From a virus, in the IMG/VR virus record IMGVR_UViG_3300023179_000053, positions 1 to 64,000 of that record: a DNA stretch of 64,000 bases, one strand, 5' to 3'. This document shows, piece by piece, positions 38,023 to 50,448 of the stretch (position 1 is the stretch's first letter; each line of letters begins with the position of its first letter). The position numbers and the translations under genes were made by a program. The notes under the pieces were generated by a model. It saw nothing but the letters and a program-made list of their open reading frames with translations. It had not been told where the DNA came from and searched no databases.

Positions 38023-38917
38023 AATTATTCTCCATAGTAGGGGATAATAGGTTTATCAACAAGTGGATCAAGAAAATTAGTTTGATAATTGTCAAAATAC
38101 TTTCTAATATCAATATTTTCAATACTGCTTAGAGCATTAATTAAATGTGATATATGAGATGACATAGCAATAATAACATTTACTGCTTTGTTAATTTCCA
38201 CCTCCTCTGTTTTATCATTACAGGCTAAATTGATTAGATGTAAGCCAAATCTAGTTCTACCTGTATTAGTTGTGAAATCAGTGCTTTTTAGCAAGTCAGC
38301 AACAGCCTGTAATGTTTTAACAAAGTCTGTTTCATCTGACATACCATCTGGCATTTTGTTTTCAACGCTTGCATTGTCAATATCTTTTTTGTTGTACATT
38401 TTTTCCTTAATACCACACTCTTGAACCATTACCATATTCAGCAACAAATTCTAACCACCAAGATGCGTAAATCCAGTCATTAATTAAATCTTTTTCATTC
38501 ATATCTTGCTCTGGATTTCTTTCTATATAATCTTCAACCATTGCTGCAAAATGCTCTGTTTCATTTTTCATATATTGAGACAACTCTACACAATATTCTG
38601 GCGTTAACCCTTCTTCACCATCATCAAAACCATTTCCATAAAATGAGAATTTAGTTTCTCCGTAAGAAGCGAAATCTCCGTTTTCTGATAGATTTAGAAG
38701 CGAATTACCATATTTACCTCTATACCAACATCCAACTCCAAACATTCCATATGTTGGAATTGTTTCTTTTAACAATGGATTTGCTTCATATTGAGTTTTC
38801 CAAGGGCAACCACCACAACTTTGTGTTTTATCGCAATCTATTTTTTTATCTTCATCATAAACAGCAGTGTTTGCTTTTTCACAAGGATAAACTTTTGGAA
38901 TATTATCTAAACCCATA

Positions 38918-39475
38918 TTAATACGCTCCTATTGCTTGTTGTAGTGTAGTTGGAATTTCTGAATATTCTGCGCAGCTTTTTGCTATTAAATTACCTTTAT
39001 CAATATAAAAGAAACCGTGAAAACCCATTCCCGGTTCACAATAATAAAGGTGGAATTTTAGATTACTATATTTTGCATCTACTAAGTGGTCAGATAAACA
39101 ATCATCACCTGGAGACCACGCTGTGTCATATGTTATAAGCATTGAACACTCTTTTGAGTTTTCTTTTTTAAGAGGTTCAAAATAAGTATTATAACATCCC
39201 CACTTGGTTCCCCAATTTTGAATTGCCCAATCATACCATTTAGAATCTTGGTCTAAACCAAAATTTGGCATTGGTTTTAGCATTTTAAATAAACAAAAAT
39301 CTTCTGTTACATATCTGGATTCATCATCATATGACCCTCTGATAATAGCAGTTTTAATTTGATTTTCATCTAATCGCTCATCACCTTTCTTAGGAATAAT
39401 ACAAGAAGCAATAAATTTAATTACTTCCTCTGTATTCCCTTGAACTGTAAATTGATTATTACAATGATTTGGCAT
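38918..39475 (-). CDS. DUF1281/YubB-like protein
   Basis: MPNHCNN, WYDW...NWGTKW, YDTAWSP, YCEPG. Confidence 0.7.
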   Translation of the reverse strand: MPNHCNNQFTVQGNTEEVIKFIASCIIPKKGDERLDENQIKTAIIRGSYDDESRYVTEDFCLFKMLKPMPNFGLDQDSKWYDWAIQNWGTKWGCYNTYFEPLKKENSKECSMLITYDTAWSPGDDCLSDHLVDAKYSNLKFHLYYCEPGMGFHGFFYIDKGNLIAKSCAEYSEIPTTLQQAIGAY

Positions 39476-41229
39476 TTGCTACCTCTCTAGCTTTTTGCTT
39501 TCTAGATCTTCTTGCTGCATTATTCTTTGCAAGATATTGTTTTTTTCTTGCAACATCCATTGTGTCTTTCCACTTCTTAGTGTAGATTTTCTTTTTAGTT
39601 CTATATTTGCTATCAATATATTTGTTATGAGCAGTAAAGGCATACTGTTCATCATTTTCAAATAATAGCTTTACAGAGTCTAAGTTTACTTTATCATAGT
39701 GATATTTTAAACCACTTTGATATTCAACTATTAATTTACCTACATTATTATTTGGATTGTAAGTATAAACAGCATTATTTAGAATAGTACAATTAAATTT
39801 CTTTGACACTTTATTCAAAGGAATCATCTCCATATTCTAAACGTAACTGTTCATAATTATCTTCATCTGCTATTGGATAGTCTTTTAGTTCATTTTTCCA
39901 ACACATAGCGGAAATAAATGCATCAGTGATATTCCAGCCTACTAAGCCCATTGATTCATTTTTAAGGACTCTACAAACTAGTCTATCAACACTTCCAACT
40001 AACCAATGAGTATAGGTTTCTACTCGGAAATCATCAGGGTAATTAGTAATCAAATCTTTACTGATTACTTCAAAGTTAGAAACATCTATTGCTGTAGAGT
40101 CTCTATGCTTATCAATTCCACAATAACCCCAAGTTTTAAACATATCTTCTGGACCATTATAATAGAAATCTTCCGGTTTTTTTAATGCTTCACCGGCGTA
40201 CTCTATGATATTGTCTGTAAAATGAGTGCTATTCATTTATTCATCACCATCTCTCCAAATTGTTAGCAACTCTTCAAATCCTTCTGCCAATGATCCATTA
40301 GCATTCATATAGTCATACATAATTTCATCTTTGCCAGAGAATGTCAAGGTAGAACTATATTGATTTACAGTATTGCCAAGCAATGTCATTTTAACTCTAA
40401 TTCTATCTGGATGTTGAGATGGCGCAATTTCATCTTCATCTTCTTCTTTTATTGGGGCAGCCCAACCACCAGTCAATAATGCTACCAATTGAAAGTTTTT
40501 TAAAGCATTTTTTGTCTTTGGATATTTACCAGCTCTCTCCATTAGTTGATAAACATCACCATTTGAAGCAAGAAGCTCCATTTCTCTTTCACCATTTTCC
40601 AACACTTTAATACCAACTAAAGTTGCTGTTTTACTATCACGATAATCTTCAATTTTTGTATGAATATCTTTTGAAAGATTTTCGTATTCATTTGGTGTGT
40701 ACATTTTGATTGTCATTATTTTTTCCTTTGTTTTGTTGTTATTATTTATTTGTATAACATTTCATTACTTACATCTAGTGCCCATCTTAAACAAGCATCT
40801 ACTGATTCTTCCCCAAATAAAGATTTGAATTGAAATTCACCAGTTTGTTCGGCAATAACTTCAGCATAAGCATACATACCTTGATATGTTTTATTTTCTA
40901 ATTCATAGTATGCTGAGCAACTCCAAACTTTAATAGTTATTGGCTTTGAATCAAATGAAAATGGAAAATTGGTATTTTCTTGTTGAAAATTGTATTCATC
41001 TACCCAATCGTGCAATGGTATACATTTTACACCTAGAGGTGTTGGGTTTTTGTAATTACGAAATTTCAACTCTTGCTCTTTTTCATATGTTTCAATATCA
41101 TATGTATCTCTGTTTGTCATTGCATTCTCCTTTAGTCTAAATATTTGTCTATGTCAACAAAATCTAATATTAAATTAACTATAAATATTGTGATTGCTAT
41201 TACTACCCAAATTGATATTAATATTGTTT

Positions 41230-41649
41230 TCATTCTGCCTTTTTTATTACATATTTGCCATTTTTAAAACGAGATTTCATTTGTTTAAAACGCATTTGCC
41301 AATGACTAATATCACATTGATCGTGTGTTATTTGTAAGTCAGTAAGCATTTCTAAATTATTTTTTGTAATTTTCCAATTTGGCAATGATTTTTCAAGTAC
41401 TTCTATAACTAAAGGATCGTCTACCATAAGACCTTCAATTATTTTTCTGTAATATTTACTTGAAATAATAGAACCAACAGCACATTTGGTATCATTATCT
41501 CCTCTGTATAAACAAGTGCTTTCAGTTACTTCACCATCTTCATCTTGAGATATAATTTTTTGAGATTTAGAATTTTGAGTTAAAAGATGATTTTGAATAT
41601 AATCAAAAACATCCTTATCTGTTTTAAGCTGAGATAGTGACTTCTTCAT
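41230..41649 (-). CDS. Hypothetical protein, paralog of 26556-27197
   Basis: HLLTQNSKS, CLYRG...CAVG, LQITHD. Confidence 0.7.
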   Translation of the reverse strand: MKKSLSQLKTDKDVFDYIQNHLLTQNSKSQKIISQDEDGEVTESTCLYRGDNDTKCAVGSIISSKYYRKIIEGLMVDDPLVIEVLEKSLPNWKITKNNLEMLTDLQITHDQCDISHWQMRFKQMKSRFKNGKYVIKKAE

Positions 41650-43082
41650 TTTCTTTTTTCCATTTTTCGTATTCGTGTTTATACACCGTCAGCATTGCTC
41701 TTAGAACTTTTTTATCAGGGCAAACTGTTGAGTTGTTTCTAACAAATATATCAAGCCATTGTTTTGTATTAAACGTGCTATGATTTGTTGACAAACCAAT
41801 ATGATCTTTTACATTTTGCATTGTTAATAAAATGTCTTTAGTAACCCATTGGTCATTATTATCTTTTTCCCAGCCGGTCATAAATGAAACATCACAAATT
41901 TTCTCTACAACTTTAGACCTAGCATAGTATTCAGCTGCATTTTTCTTAGTGATTTGACCATATCCAACAGCACCACCCCAGAATATAAATGTTTTTGTTT
42001 CTGGAACTAAATCATATACTTTTCGACCATCTTCTTCTTTTTCAATATAAGCTTTTTCTACATCATCTTTGTACATTTCAATATCACCAATATACCAAGT
42101 TAAAGGCATTTTACTTTCCTCCTGATTGATTCATTATGTGTTCTTTAAATTCTTTAACTGCTTGCAAATTAAAGTGCAATTCTCTAACTATTGTATTCCA
42201 AATCATATCTATACATTCTCCATCAGTTAAATACTCACCTGGAGTTGTTAGTATGTCAATGATTTTATCAATAACTCTTGATTGAGCATTTGAATCATGC
42301 ATATTTGTCATCTTTATTATCTCCTGTAGTTAATACTTTAATAACTGAACCAGTTATTAATCCAACTAATGTAATAATAATTATTACAAGGATAGATTCA
42401 AACATTTGCTTGACACAGCTTAATCATTTTAAATACTACCGGTCCGTGCATATAATTTTCTCCACCCAATACAATATCCCATTCTTCAAATTTTGGATGA
42501 TCTTTATAAACTTCATTAAACCATTGTTTACAAGATTCTAACAAAATGTTTTTATCCTCTTCTGTTAGTTGTTTTGTAATAGCAATAATTTCTTTTTCTT
42601 TTTGGTTTCCAGCACTCCATACTCTATGGTCATCTGAATACTCATATGTATGATCGAAATTAATAATTTCATTTGCAATTTCTTCTAAATTATTGGTTTT
42701 CATCATTTTCTCCTTTGTTTTTATAGTGTAACTTTCCTTCTAACTTACTTTTTGAAATTTCATCCCAATAATACGGAATTGATTCTTCAATTTCATACAC
42801 TACTTCATGCTCTATATTATCAGGATAATAAATAACTCTAATAGTTGGATAAGAGCCAAAGTCGTGTTCATTCCATTTTATTTTAAATCTAATACCAATT
42901 TCTAATGCTTTTGGAAACGTTCTTTTTAATTGATCTAGGAAAGTTTCAGCTTCAAGCAATGCATCTTCATAAAAGTTTTCACTTCCTAATTGAGCGCAAG
43001 TTTCTTCTATTGGAGATGTATCAAATTCTAAATAATCTGTATTTACCACTTTCATATAGCTCCTTTATAGTTTGATTTATAG

Positions 43083-43266
43083 ATAAAATAGAGATAGGCG
43101 GGAAACATTTGTACCCAACTGAATTCATTTGCAAACCAACCCGTATATAAATTTACAAATATAGTTAAGCCATTCTTAACTGATACTTTAATATAACGCA
43201 TCACCGTTATACATATTTCCCTTCACCCAATAAGAAAGGAGATGGGCTAGCCTATCTCTATTTTAT
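43083..43266 (-). ncRNA. Candidate structured ncRNA (~185 nt)
   Basis: Perfect 17-bp terminal inverted repeat enclosing nested stems, in an intergenic gap. Confidence 0.55.
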
Positions 43267-45665
43267 TTATAACTCTTCCCAGATTCTTTTATACTGGAAC
43301 ACATCTTCATCTCTATCAACAAGATAAAGAGATATTACGTGTTTTCCCAATTTACGATCATCTGAGCCAACATATGGATAAATCATCTGAATAGCAAATT
43401 GCCATTTAGACATAAATTTCTTTTGATGATTTGTAAATGGTGGATTGACTTTGTAATGAGTAATATTGAAGTCCGTGTTAAGGTACTCATTTACAGCACC
43501 AAGAAATACATATTCAAAGTATTTTTCTGGCACTGGTCTTGGCGTAAATCCATTATTTTCTCTTTCGTTTTGGAAAAGCCATTCTTTTTCTAAAACAATG
43601 AGATGCTTACCATCTGCTGTGTATTTAAACTTACCGTATGGGTTTTTCATTTGTTCTCCTTTGGTTTGAATTGATTCAAAAATTGTTGATGATTTTTACG
43701 AGCACACTTTCCACAAACTTTATATTTAGTAAAGGCTGTAAGAAGGTCTGCTTTTTTACCACACTGGGAGCAAATAACATTCATTATTTAGCCCCGGCTT
43801 CTTTTAGAGCAAAAGATGCTTGAATAGCAATATTTTGATTTTCAAGATCAACAACTCTTTGGTTTAGACTTTTTAGTGCTTCTCTAATCACATCAAGTAT
43901 TTCCATAACAATTTTATGATTTTTACTTTCTTGACCAACGGCTGTTGCCACAAGGTCAATAAGATTACCAATTTCTTGTTTTTCTAGTTCATTCATACTC
44001 TTCCTCTTTCTTTGTAATAAATGTAAATTGTTGACCCCACGATTCCCAATCTTCATTCATTTCTAAATCAAGTTTCCAATCGTATGGTTCAATTACTTCG
44101 TGAATAGCCAATACTTCTTTTGTAATTGCGTATTGCCAATTTCTATAGTACTTACTCATTAAACTTACCTTCTTTCTTTGCTTGCCATAGTTTAGCAATG
44201 ATCATTGCTTTATCTGAATCTGTCATTCCACGAATTCTATCAGCAATAGCCCAGCATTCATTTGCATCTGCGCTTTTGCCTAATGCGTAATAGTGGTTTC
44301 CAAGTTTCTCCCACTCTTTCCATTCAGCTTCAGTTTCAACAAAGTCAGCCATTGTTTAATAACCCCATTTCTTCATAGATTCTTCTAATGGATCAAATAC
44401 ATATATCCAAGCTTTATCCATTTTTTTAATTTGTGATAACTCAAATTCATTCCCATAAATGGTGTTATTGACAATAAGAGTTGGTAATTCATTTGGCTCT
44501 ACTGTCAATAAGAAATCTATTGCTTTTTGAATAAGATATTTTCCATCAGCAACGATTTGAATAACTCTATCGCCTTCATAAGAAAGAAGATACATATTAA
44601 ACATATAATATGCACTAAACATTTCTTTATTTGCTACTGCACGATCTTTTTCTTTCCAAGAAGTAATTAATACATCTTTGTAAAGAGAAGTGTTTTTATC
44701 AAACACAATTCGGTATTTATCGACTGGCGGGTACATTATATTGTCTCCTCTGTTTTGAATTCCAATGTTTTGTGATATTTGATAATGCCTTCTTCAAGAA
44801 GCAGTTTTATACATTTATCGCAAATACAAGCTTTGTGAATGTCCATATCAAAGGCACTGCCATAGTCGCCAGAAATAAAGATTTCACAACCTGCTTCTAA
44901 ATTTGTGTATTCCTTATCTTCCCAAACATAAGGAATGCTTTGTCTACAAGTTATGCAATACTGCTTTGGTTTGTTTGTCATTGTAAATCTTCTCTTTCTT
45001 GTAGTAAATCGCCTCTTGTATTTAATGTAACTAATTCTGTCTTTTTAATCCAGAAATAATTTGATTTATGCAATAACGCCGGAGTGTAAATCTTTCTAAA
45101 TTCACGCTCTGTTTTGTCAATTCCTTGTTTATAGCAATCATCTGCTAAACAATAGTCATAGCCTGCTTCTTTTCTTTCATCAATGTATTCTTGTTTACAA
45201 TAAACGCAAATAGCCATTTTTGCCCTTTCAGCACTCTTCTCTTAGGTTTTCTTCATCTCTTATTGTAAAGATGTTCTCTAAGAATAAATCAACATCTTTT
45301 GATGTAGATTTTTTAACTTGATCATTATCTACATACCAACCAGTCAATGTGTTGTTTACTTCATAAATATAACAACAATCTGGATTTTCTTGAGCATAAC
45401 TATCAAAGTATGCCAATTCATAATACATATTGTCATTATAATCTGGATACCATCTAACTAAATCACCTTTTTTAAACATCTGTTTCCTCTTTCATAAGCA
45501 GTTGACAAATTTTATTTATCTTGTCAAGATTTTTGTGATTTGGATTATTTATGCCGGCATTTTTTATTAGCCAACGGAAATCTTTTTGTCTTTGAATAGG
45601 GATATTCATAGTTCTAGTTAGATTTTCAAGTTCATTTAGAAGTTGATTTCTTACTAGTTTATCCA

Positions 45666-46175
45666 TTATTCTAGACCTTTAGCTTTCCGCACTTCTTTGA
45701 TTTGTGCTCTAAATTCTTCTAGTTCTTTTTGCTTTTGTTCTGGTGTAGTTGGTCTTTTATTACCATAACGCAACCACATTAGATGTTCTAATTTCTTTGC
45801 TTTATTGTTTTTGTCTTCTGCTTCTTTGGTTTCTAATTCAATAATGTAGTTTTTGATATAAGCAATGTTATCTTGATTGCTTTCTTCAATTTGACCATCA
45901 ATGAGAACATTGATTTCTGATTGTAATAGACCAAGAACAAGTTTGAGTTGATTTATTTGATTGAGTCTGAGAAACAGGCGTTCTTCACCTAAATCAATAC
46001 TTACATCTTTGCGATAGTTAGTAATAACTTTTACTCGCAACAATGAAGTAATAAATGAAATTTCTTCTGGAGTATCGTATGTTACACATTGTACATCAAA
46101 GTGTAACTTTGGCTTTGGCTTTGCTTTTCTACGAGCAAGTGTGTGTTCAATTTCTTTGAGGCTGACTTTTGCCAT
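45666..46175 (-). CDS. Hypothetical protein beginning MAKVSLKEI (N-terminus like the cassette paralogs)
   Basis: SD GAAAGG before ATG 46175. Confidence 0.65.
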   Translation of the reverse strand: MAKVSLKEIEHTLARRKAKPKPKLHFDVQCVTYDTPEEISFITSLLRVKVITNYRKDVSIDLGEERLFLRLNQINQLKLVLGLLQSEINVLIDGQIEESNQDNIAYIKNYIIELETKEAEDKNNKAKKLEHLMWLRYGNKRPTTPEQKQKELEEFRAQIKEVRKAKGLE

Positions 46176-47061
46176 TGTTGTTACCTTTCTATTTGCCTTT
46201 CTTCTTAGATGTGTAATAATCAAATTGTGATGGGTGAATAAATGCTGAACCATCTAATAGTTTAGCCTTACGCTTTTGCTTTGGCTTTACCCAGCTTTGT
46301 GCGTAATCAGAGCCTTGTGGATAAACAACTTCTATACCTTTGGCTTTGAGTTCAATAAGTCGCATAATGTACAATAACTCTTGGCATTCAAATTCATAGC
46401 CTTTATCAGTTATTGCGTAAGTGATTTCATCTCTTTGTATGGTTACAGATTTGAAATGAGTAATAGCACCGTATTCAGTTGTGCCGAACGATAGTTCTGT
46501 GCCAATCAGTTTACGATAGACTTTGAGAAACTCTAAGTCTATAGATACACTACGCAGTGCGTATGCCAATGCGTCAGTGTATGACTTTTTGTAATCGGAT
46601 AGGTTGGTCATTAGTATCACCTTTCTTTGGTTTATTTGATACTTTATTTTATAGTTTATTACGGGGTATGGTCGGGGGTCTGGCAGACATTGTATCGTAT
46701 AGATAAAAAAACAACAACCTACAGCAAAAGAAACATTTGAAATTCTTTTTTTTGCGCATTGAAACGCACAACAGGCGCATAGCAATTGATCGGGAAATTG
46801 ATCGATAGAATGATCTGCCTTATTGATAAAGGCTATATTATAGCGCTACAGATCGAGTATATTAAATAATTTATTGCGGGAACGGGTATGAACTAAATAA
46901 AGCCTAACTTTAATGCACGCTTTCCACGCATTAAAGGCTTTATGAAAGAATATAATAATTGAACTACCCGCATTCTTTTCTTTATTTCTAGAAATTTTAG
47001 TATGTATTTTTCAAGGTCTCGAGGTTTTGAGAAAAAATCCATTTCCCAAACTGATTTCAAA

Positions 47062-47880
47062 TTATTCGACTAGCTTTGCGTGCTTCTCTATAAAAGACAT
47101 CATAGTTCCTTTATATTTCATTCTGCCTAAATGAGTTAGTTCTATTGATGGCTCAACCCATATTTTGCCACCCATATTTTGCCAATATCTACAGAAACCA
47201 TAATCTTCAGATAAGAATCTTTTCATATGAGGATCAATGTAAGAATTAAAGAATGCGTATGTCCATTTCTTTTCCTCTTCATTTAAAGATCCGGTATCGT
47301 CATTATACTTAAGCTCTGGGTATTTTTCAATCATTTTCAGTATGGCTTCTTTTTTAATTAACATAAAGCCAGTGCCGGCATCAAATATTTCTAATGCACC
47401 ATTGCTTACATTAATGGTTCTATTATCAGCATCTCTGACAGGATTTACAACAAATCTAACACTGTTGTCTAATAATTCATCATTCGCCATTCCGGCTTTT
47501 ACATTTTCCTCAACACGTTTCCAATCAATCTGTTTAATAGGGTATGCAGCAGTCATTACTTCTTTTTCATGATATAGAAGTTTAATAATACTCTCCGGCT
47601 CCCAGGCTATGTCTGCATCAATAAACATAAGATGGGTAGCTTTTTCAAATCCCATAAATTTTGCTATAACGCTATTTCTAGCTCTATTAATCAAGCTGTC
47701 AGTTATAGTACACAATCCAAATTTTATTCCGTGATCTCGAAAATACATCATTGTTTTAATCAATGATAAAACTGTTGGTTCAGATATTTGTTGATCATAA
47801 CAAGGTATTGCGAATAATACATTCCAATTGTCTGTTTGTTCTTTACTAATTGTGATTTGCTGTGTCTCAAATAATGGCAT
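47062..47880 (-). CDS. Glycosyltransferase (GT-A-like)
   Basis: AIPCY, SLINRARN, FIDADI, GTGFMLI, LSEDYGFC. Confidence 0.85.
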   Translation of the reverse strand: MPLFETQQITISKEQTDNWNVLFAIPCYDQQISEPTVLSLIKTMMYFRDHGIKFGLCTITDSLINRARNSVIAKFMGFEKATHLMFIDADIAWEPESIIKLLYHEKEVMTAAYPIKQIDWKRVEENVKAGMANDELLDNSVRFVVNPVRDADNRTINVSNGALEIFDAGTGFMLIKKEAILKMIEKYPELKYNDDTGSLNEEEKKWTYAFFNSYIDPHMKRFLSEDYGFCRYWQNMGGKIWVEPSIELTHLGRMKYKGTMMSFIEKHAKLVE

Positions 47881-47894
47881 ATCAATATTATACT

Positions 47895-47921
47895 AAAAAA
47901 AAAGTGGGGCTTTCGCCCCAC
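47895..47921 (-). terminator. Intrinsic terminator
   Basis: GTGGGGC-GAAA-GCCCCAC-T9. Confidence 0.85.
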
Positions 47922-47955
47922 CCGAAAAAATTATTATTTTTTTTCTAGAAATTAA

Positions 47956-48297
47956 TTATGCTTTGACCGGAGCCTTAACATTCTTAACATCTTTTGCCTT
48001 TACTGACGTATTCTTAACGATAGTAACTTCAACATCATTCTTTGAAGGAACTCTGAAATAAAGCGTTTCATTGTTCTTATCAAAGTGAATTTGAACTTGC
48101 AGGTTTAATTTCTTAGCCTGTGCTCTAATTCTCTGTTGCATTGAGTTATATCGTTTTCCAGACTGAACGCCGGTAATACTGTATGCCTTACCGTTTTCAG
48201 ATGACATCACTAATGTATCGATTATTTGCTGTAATTCAGCAGATGTTCGACCACCTCGTGAAATAACTGGGAAATTATTAGCTTCATTGATTTGCAT
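47956..48297 (-). CDS. Basic putative DNA-binding protein
   Basis: P.ISRGGR N-terminal arm; SD AGGAG; own terminator. Confidence 0.6.
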   Translation of the reverse strand: MQINEANNFPVISRGGRTSAELQQIIDTLVMSSENGKAYSITGVQSGKRYNSMQQRIRAQAKKLNLQVQIHFDKNNETLYFRVPSKNDVEVTIVKNTSVKAKDVKNVKAPVKA

Positions 48298-48543
48298 TTT
48301 ATGCTCCTATTTACTGTATGTTTTTATCGTCACCGTGACGACAGGGCAAATGGTAGCAGATTTATCAAAGACTATACCTCGTTCGCTAAACTTCTTTCAA
48401 AGAGTTTTTTTCCTGTTTCTGATTAACGAATTTAACAAGTGTATTTACTTGTGCAGTAAGCACTGCATTTTGAGCTATCAAATCTGCAACTTTATCTGTA
48501 AGAATTGCTATGACTTCTGATGCTTCAACCTGTATATCTTTTG

Positions 48544-50283
48544 CTATATTGATTCTATCCACTTTCCCACCTCCTGACTTGGTATACTAATTTCTTTATA
48601 TCCGGGTGTGAACTGTCTCAAATTATGATTATACACGCTTACAGTACCAAAATCTTCTAAATCTTCTTCAATCTCTGACTGCATTGAAAAGTCTAATACT
48701 TCAATTTCTACTTCTTGCTCTACCGCAATATTTTCTACACAATTGAATACAGATCCGGCTAGAGCATCAGCCATATCTTTTGAACCGCCAGACGGGTGAT
48801 CAATTTTATTATTACTAAACAATCTAAGCTTTAATAGCTCTTCGTTAACTAATATTTCATTCCAGTATCCTCTTAATCTTGTATCATATATAGCAGTCAT
48901 TAATGTGTCATAATCACTCTTCTTTACGCTATGAAAGTCAGATGCGATTCCTTGTGCTCTCAAACTCTGAATCATTTCAATAGATTGCCATCTATCAAAT
49001 GTAACTTTAGCTACATCAAACTTTCTACATAAATCGACTATCATTTGTCTAACAGAAGCAAAGTTAATTTCTTGACCGGGCGCTGCTTGCCAAGAATGTA
49101 AAAGATCTACATTTATTACCGGCAGTTTTTCTATACCCATAGAAGTTTTAACTTCTTTAAATCCTGCACAATGAGTCATACATAATGCAGATCTATCTCT
49201 TTTAAATCCTAGATCTACGTGTATAAATCTTCTATGACCATCTGAATTATTAAACCATTTATGATATCTTCCATCTTCATCTTCCGGATTGTCTGCATAC
49301 ATAAAAGCTTTTCTAACTAAATCTTCATCTCTAAAATATGCGTCTTCCATTGTTGGTGGTTCACATTCAAATCTTGATGCAGCCTCTATAGGATTTCTTA
49401 TGTATTCTGACTCTAAGTCCGATCTTTTAATTGTTGGGTTTACTTCCCAAGTAGCAGCTTTAATAAACCATGTTTTAGGTTCGCTTTTTTCTTTTGCCCC
49501 AAAATATCTTTGTTGAATAAAGTCACCCTTGTATCTTGGGAACGATAGTAAAATTACTTTACCTACTTCTGGGAATCTAGACATCACAGATAATTTACTC
49601 ATGTTATATATTGCAGAAGCTGAGCCTTTAGCTCTCGTATCACCTTTCAATTCCATATCTGTTTTAAAAGCAGAAATTTCGTCTAACACTATTGTTAATA
49701 CTTCATAACCTTCCCAACCTTCACTTTCAGAGTGACCGGAGAATAATCTTACTGGTCTAGAAAAGAAAAATATTTCTGAAACTCTAGGTTCAAATCCAAC
49801 GCTATTAAAATACGGAGAGCCAAGCAATAGATTTTTTAGAGGTTCAAAGAAAACTCTTTGAGCTTGCTGTGCGTTTACGGCAAGATTTAATAGGTCAACG
49901 TATACACCATTCGCTTTACCGTAATAACTGAGAGGATCGCGCAAACAATGTAGCAAATATGCCGTGTATGCAATTGAAATTCTGCTACAATGGTCCTTCC
50001 CAGAACCTTTTCCTAACATACAAATTATTTCATTATCTGTATATTTTTTATAGTATTCGAGACCATCATGCTCACCCATAAGCTTTTGCAAAGTAGGAAG
50101 TTTAAAGATTTGCGTACTATGTTTGACTATTTCAAGTTGTATATCAGACAATGGCGGGAGACCAAGATATTTCTTTTCTTGTACAAATGTTTCAATACTT
50201 ACCGGTTGTTCCATCAATTCATCTTGCCTAAGCAATCTATCAAAATCTGCAAATTCCAAATTTATTCCAAGATACTCAGACAT
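48544..50283 (-). CDS. terL: Terminase large subunit
   Basis: Walker A GKGSGKD, Walker B IVLDE, nuclease HVDLG...D, FDRWQS, KIDHP..SKD.ADA. Confidence 0.92.
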   Translation of the reverse strand: MSEYLGINLEFADFDRLLRQDELMEQPVSIETFVQEKKYLGLPPLSDIQLEIVKHSTQIFKLPTLQKLMGEHDGLEYYKKYTDNEIICMLGKGSGKDHCSRISIAYTAYLLHCLRDPLSYYGKANGVYVDLLNLAVNAQQAQRVFFEPLKNLLLGSPYFNSVGFEPRVSEIFFFSRPVRLFSGHSESEGWEGYEVLTIVLDEISAFKTDMELKGDTRAKGSASAIYNMSKLSVMSRFPEVGKVILLSFPRYKGDFIQQRYFGAKEKSEPKTWFIKAATWEVNPTIKRSDLESEYIRNPIEAASRFECEPPTMEDAYFRDEDLVRKAFMYADNPEDEDGRYHKWFNNSDGHRRFIHVDLGFKRDRSALCMTHCAGFKEVKTSMGIEKLPVINVDLLHSWQAAPGQEINFASVRQMIVDLCRKFDVAKVTFDRWQSIEMIQSLRAQGIASDFHSVKKSDYDTLMTAIYDTRLRGYWNEILVNEELLKLRLFSNNKIDHPSGGSKDMADALAGSVFNCVENIAVEQEVEIEVLDFSMQSEIEEDLEDFGTVSVYNHNLRQFTPGYKEISIPSQEVGKWIESI

Positions 50284-50300
50284 ATTTATTTCCTTGAATA

Positions 50301-50448
50301 TGACATAAAGGCATCAAAACCCGTTCTCAAATTCTGGCAATTAACCATAAAGGGTCCAAAACCGGTTCTCAAATTCTGGGCATAAAGGCTCGAAAATGAG
50401 TTCTCAAATTCTGACATAAAGGCTCCAAAACTAGTTCTCAAATTCTGA
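50301..50448. repeat. Four imperfect ~33-41-bp tandem repeats between terS and terL
   Basis: CATAAAGG-N4-AAAA-N3-GTTCTCAAATTCTG x4. Confidence 0.9.

Larger units (their letters stand above)
25008..46611 (-). other. Block of about 50 co-oriented small, mostly hypothetical genes (probable early/middle region)
   Basis: Tightly packed minus-strand ORFs in the ORF track, many with SD motifs and overlapping start/stop codons. Confidence 0.8.
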
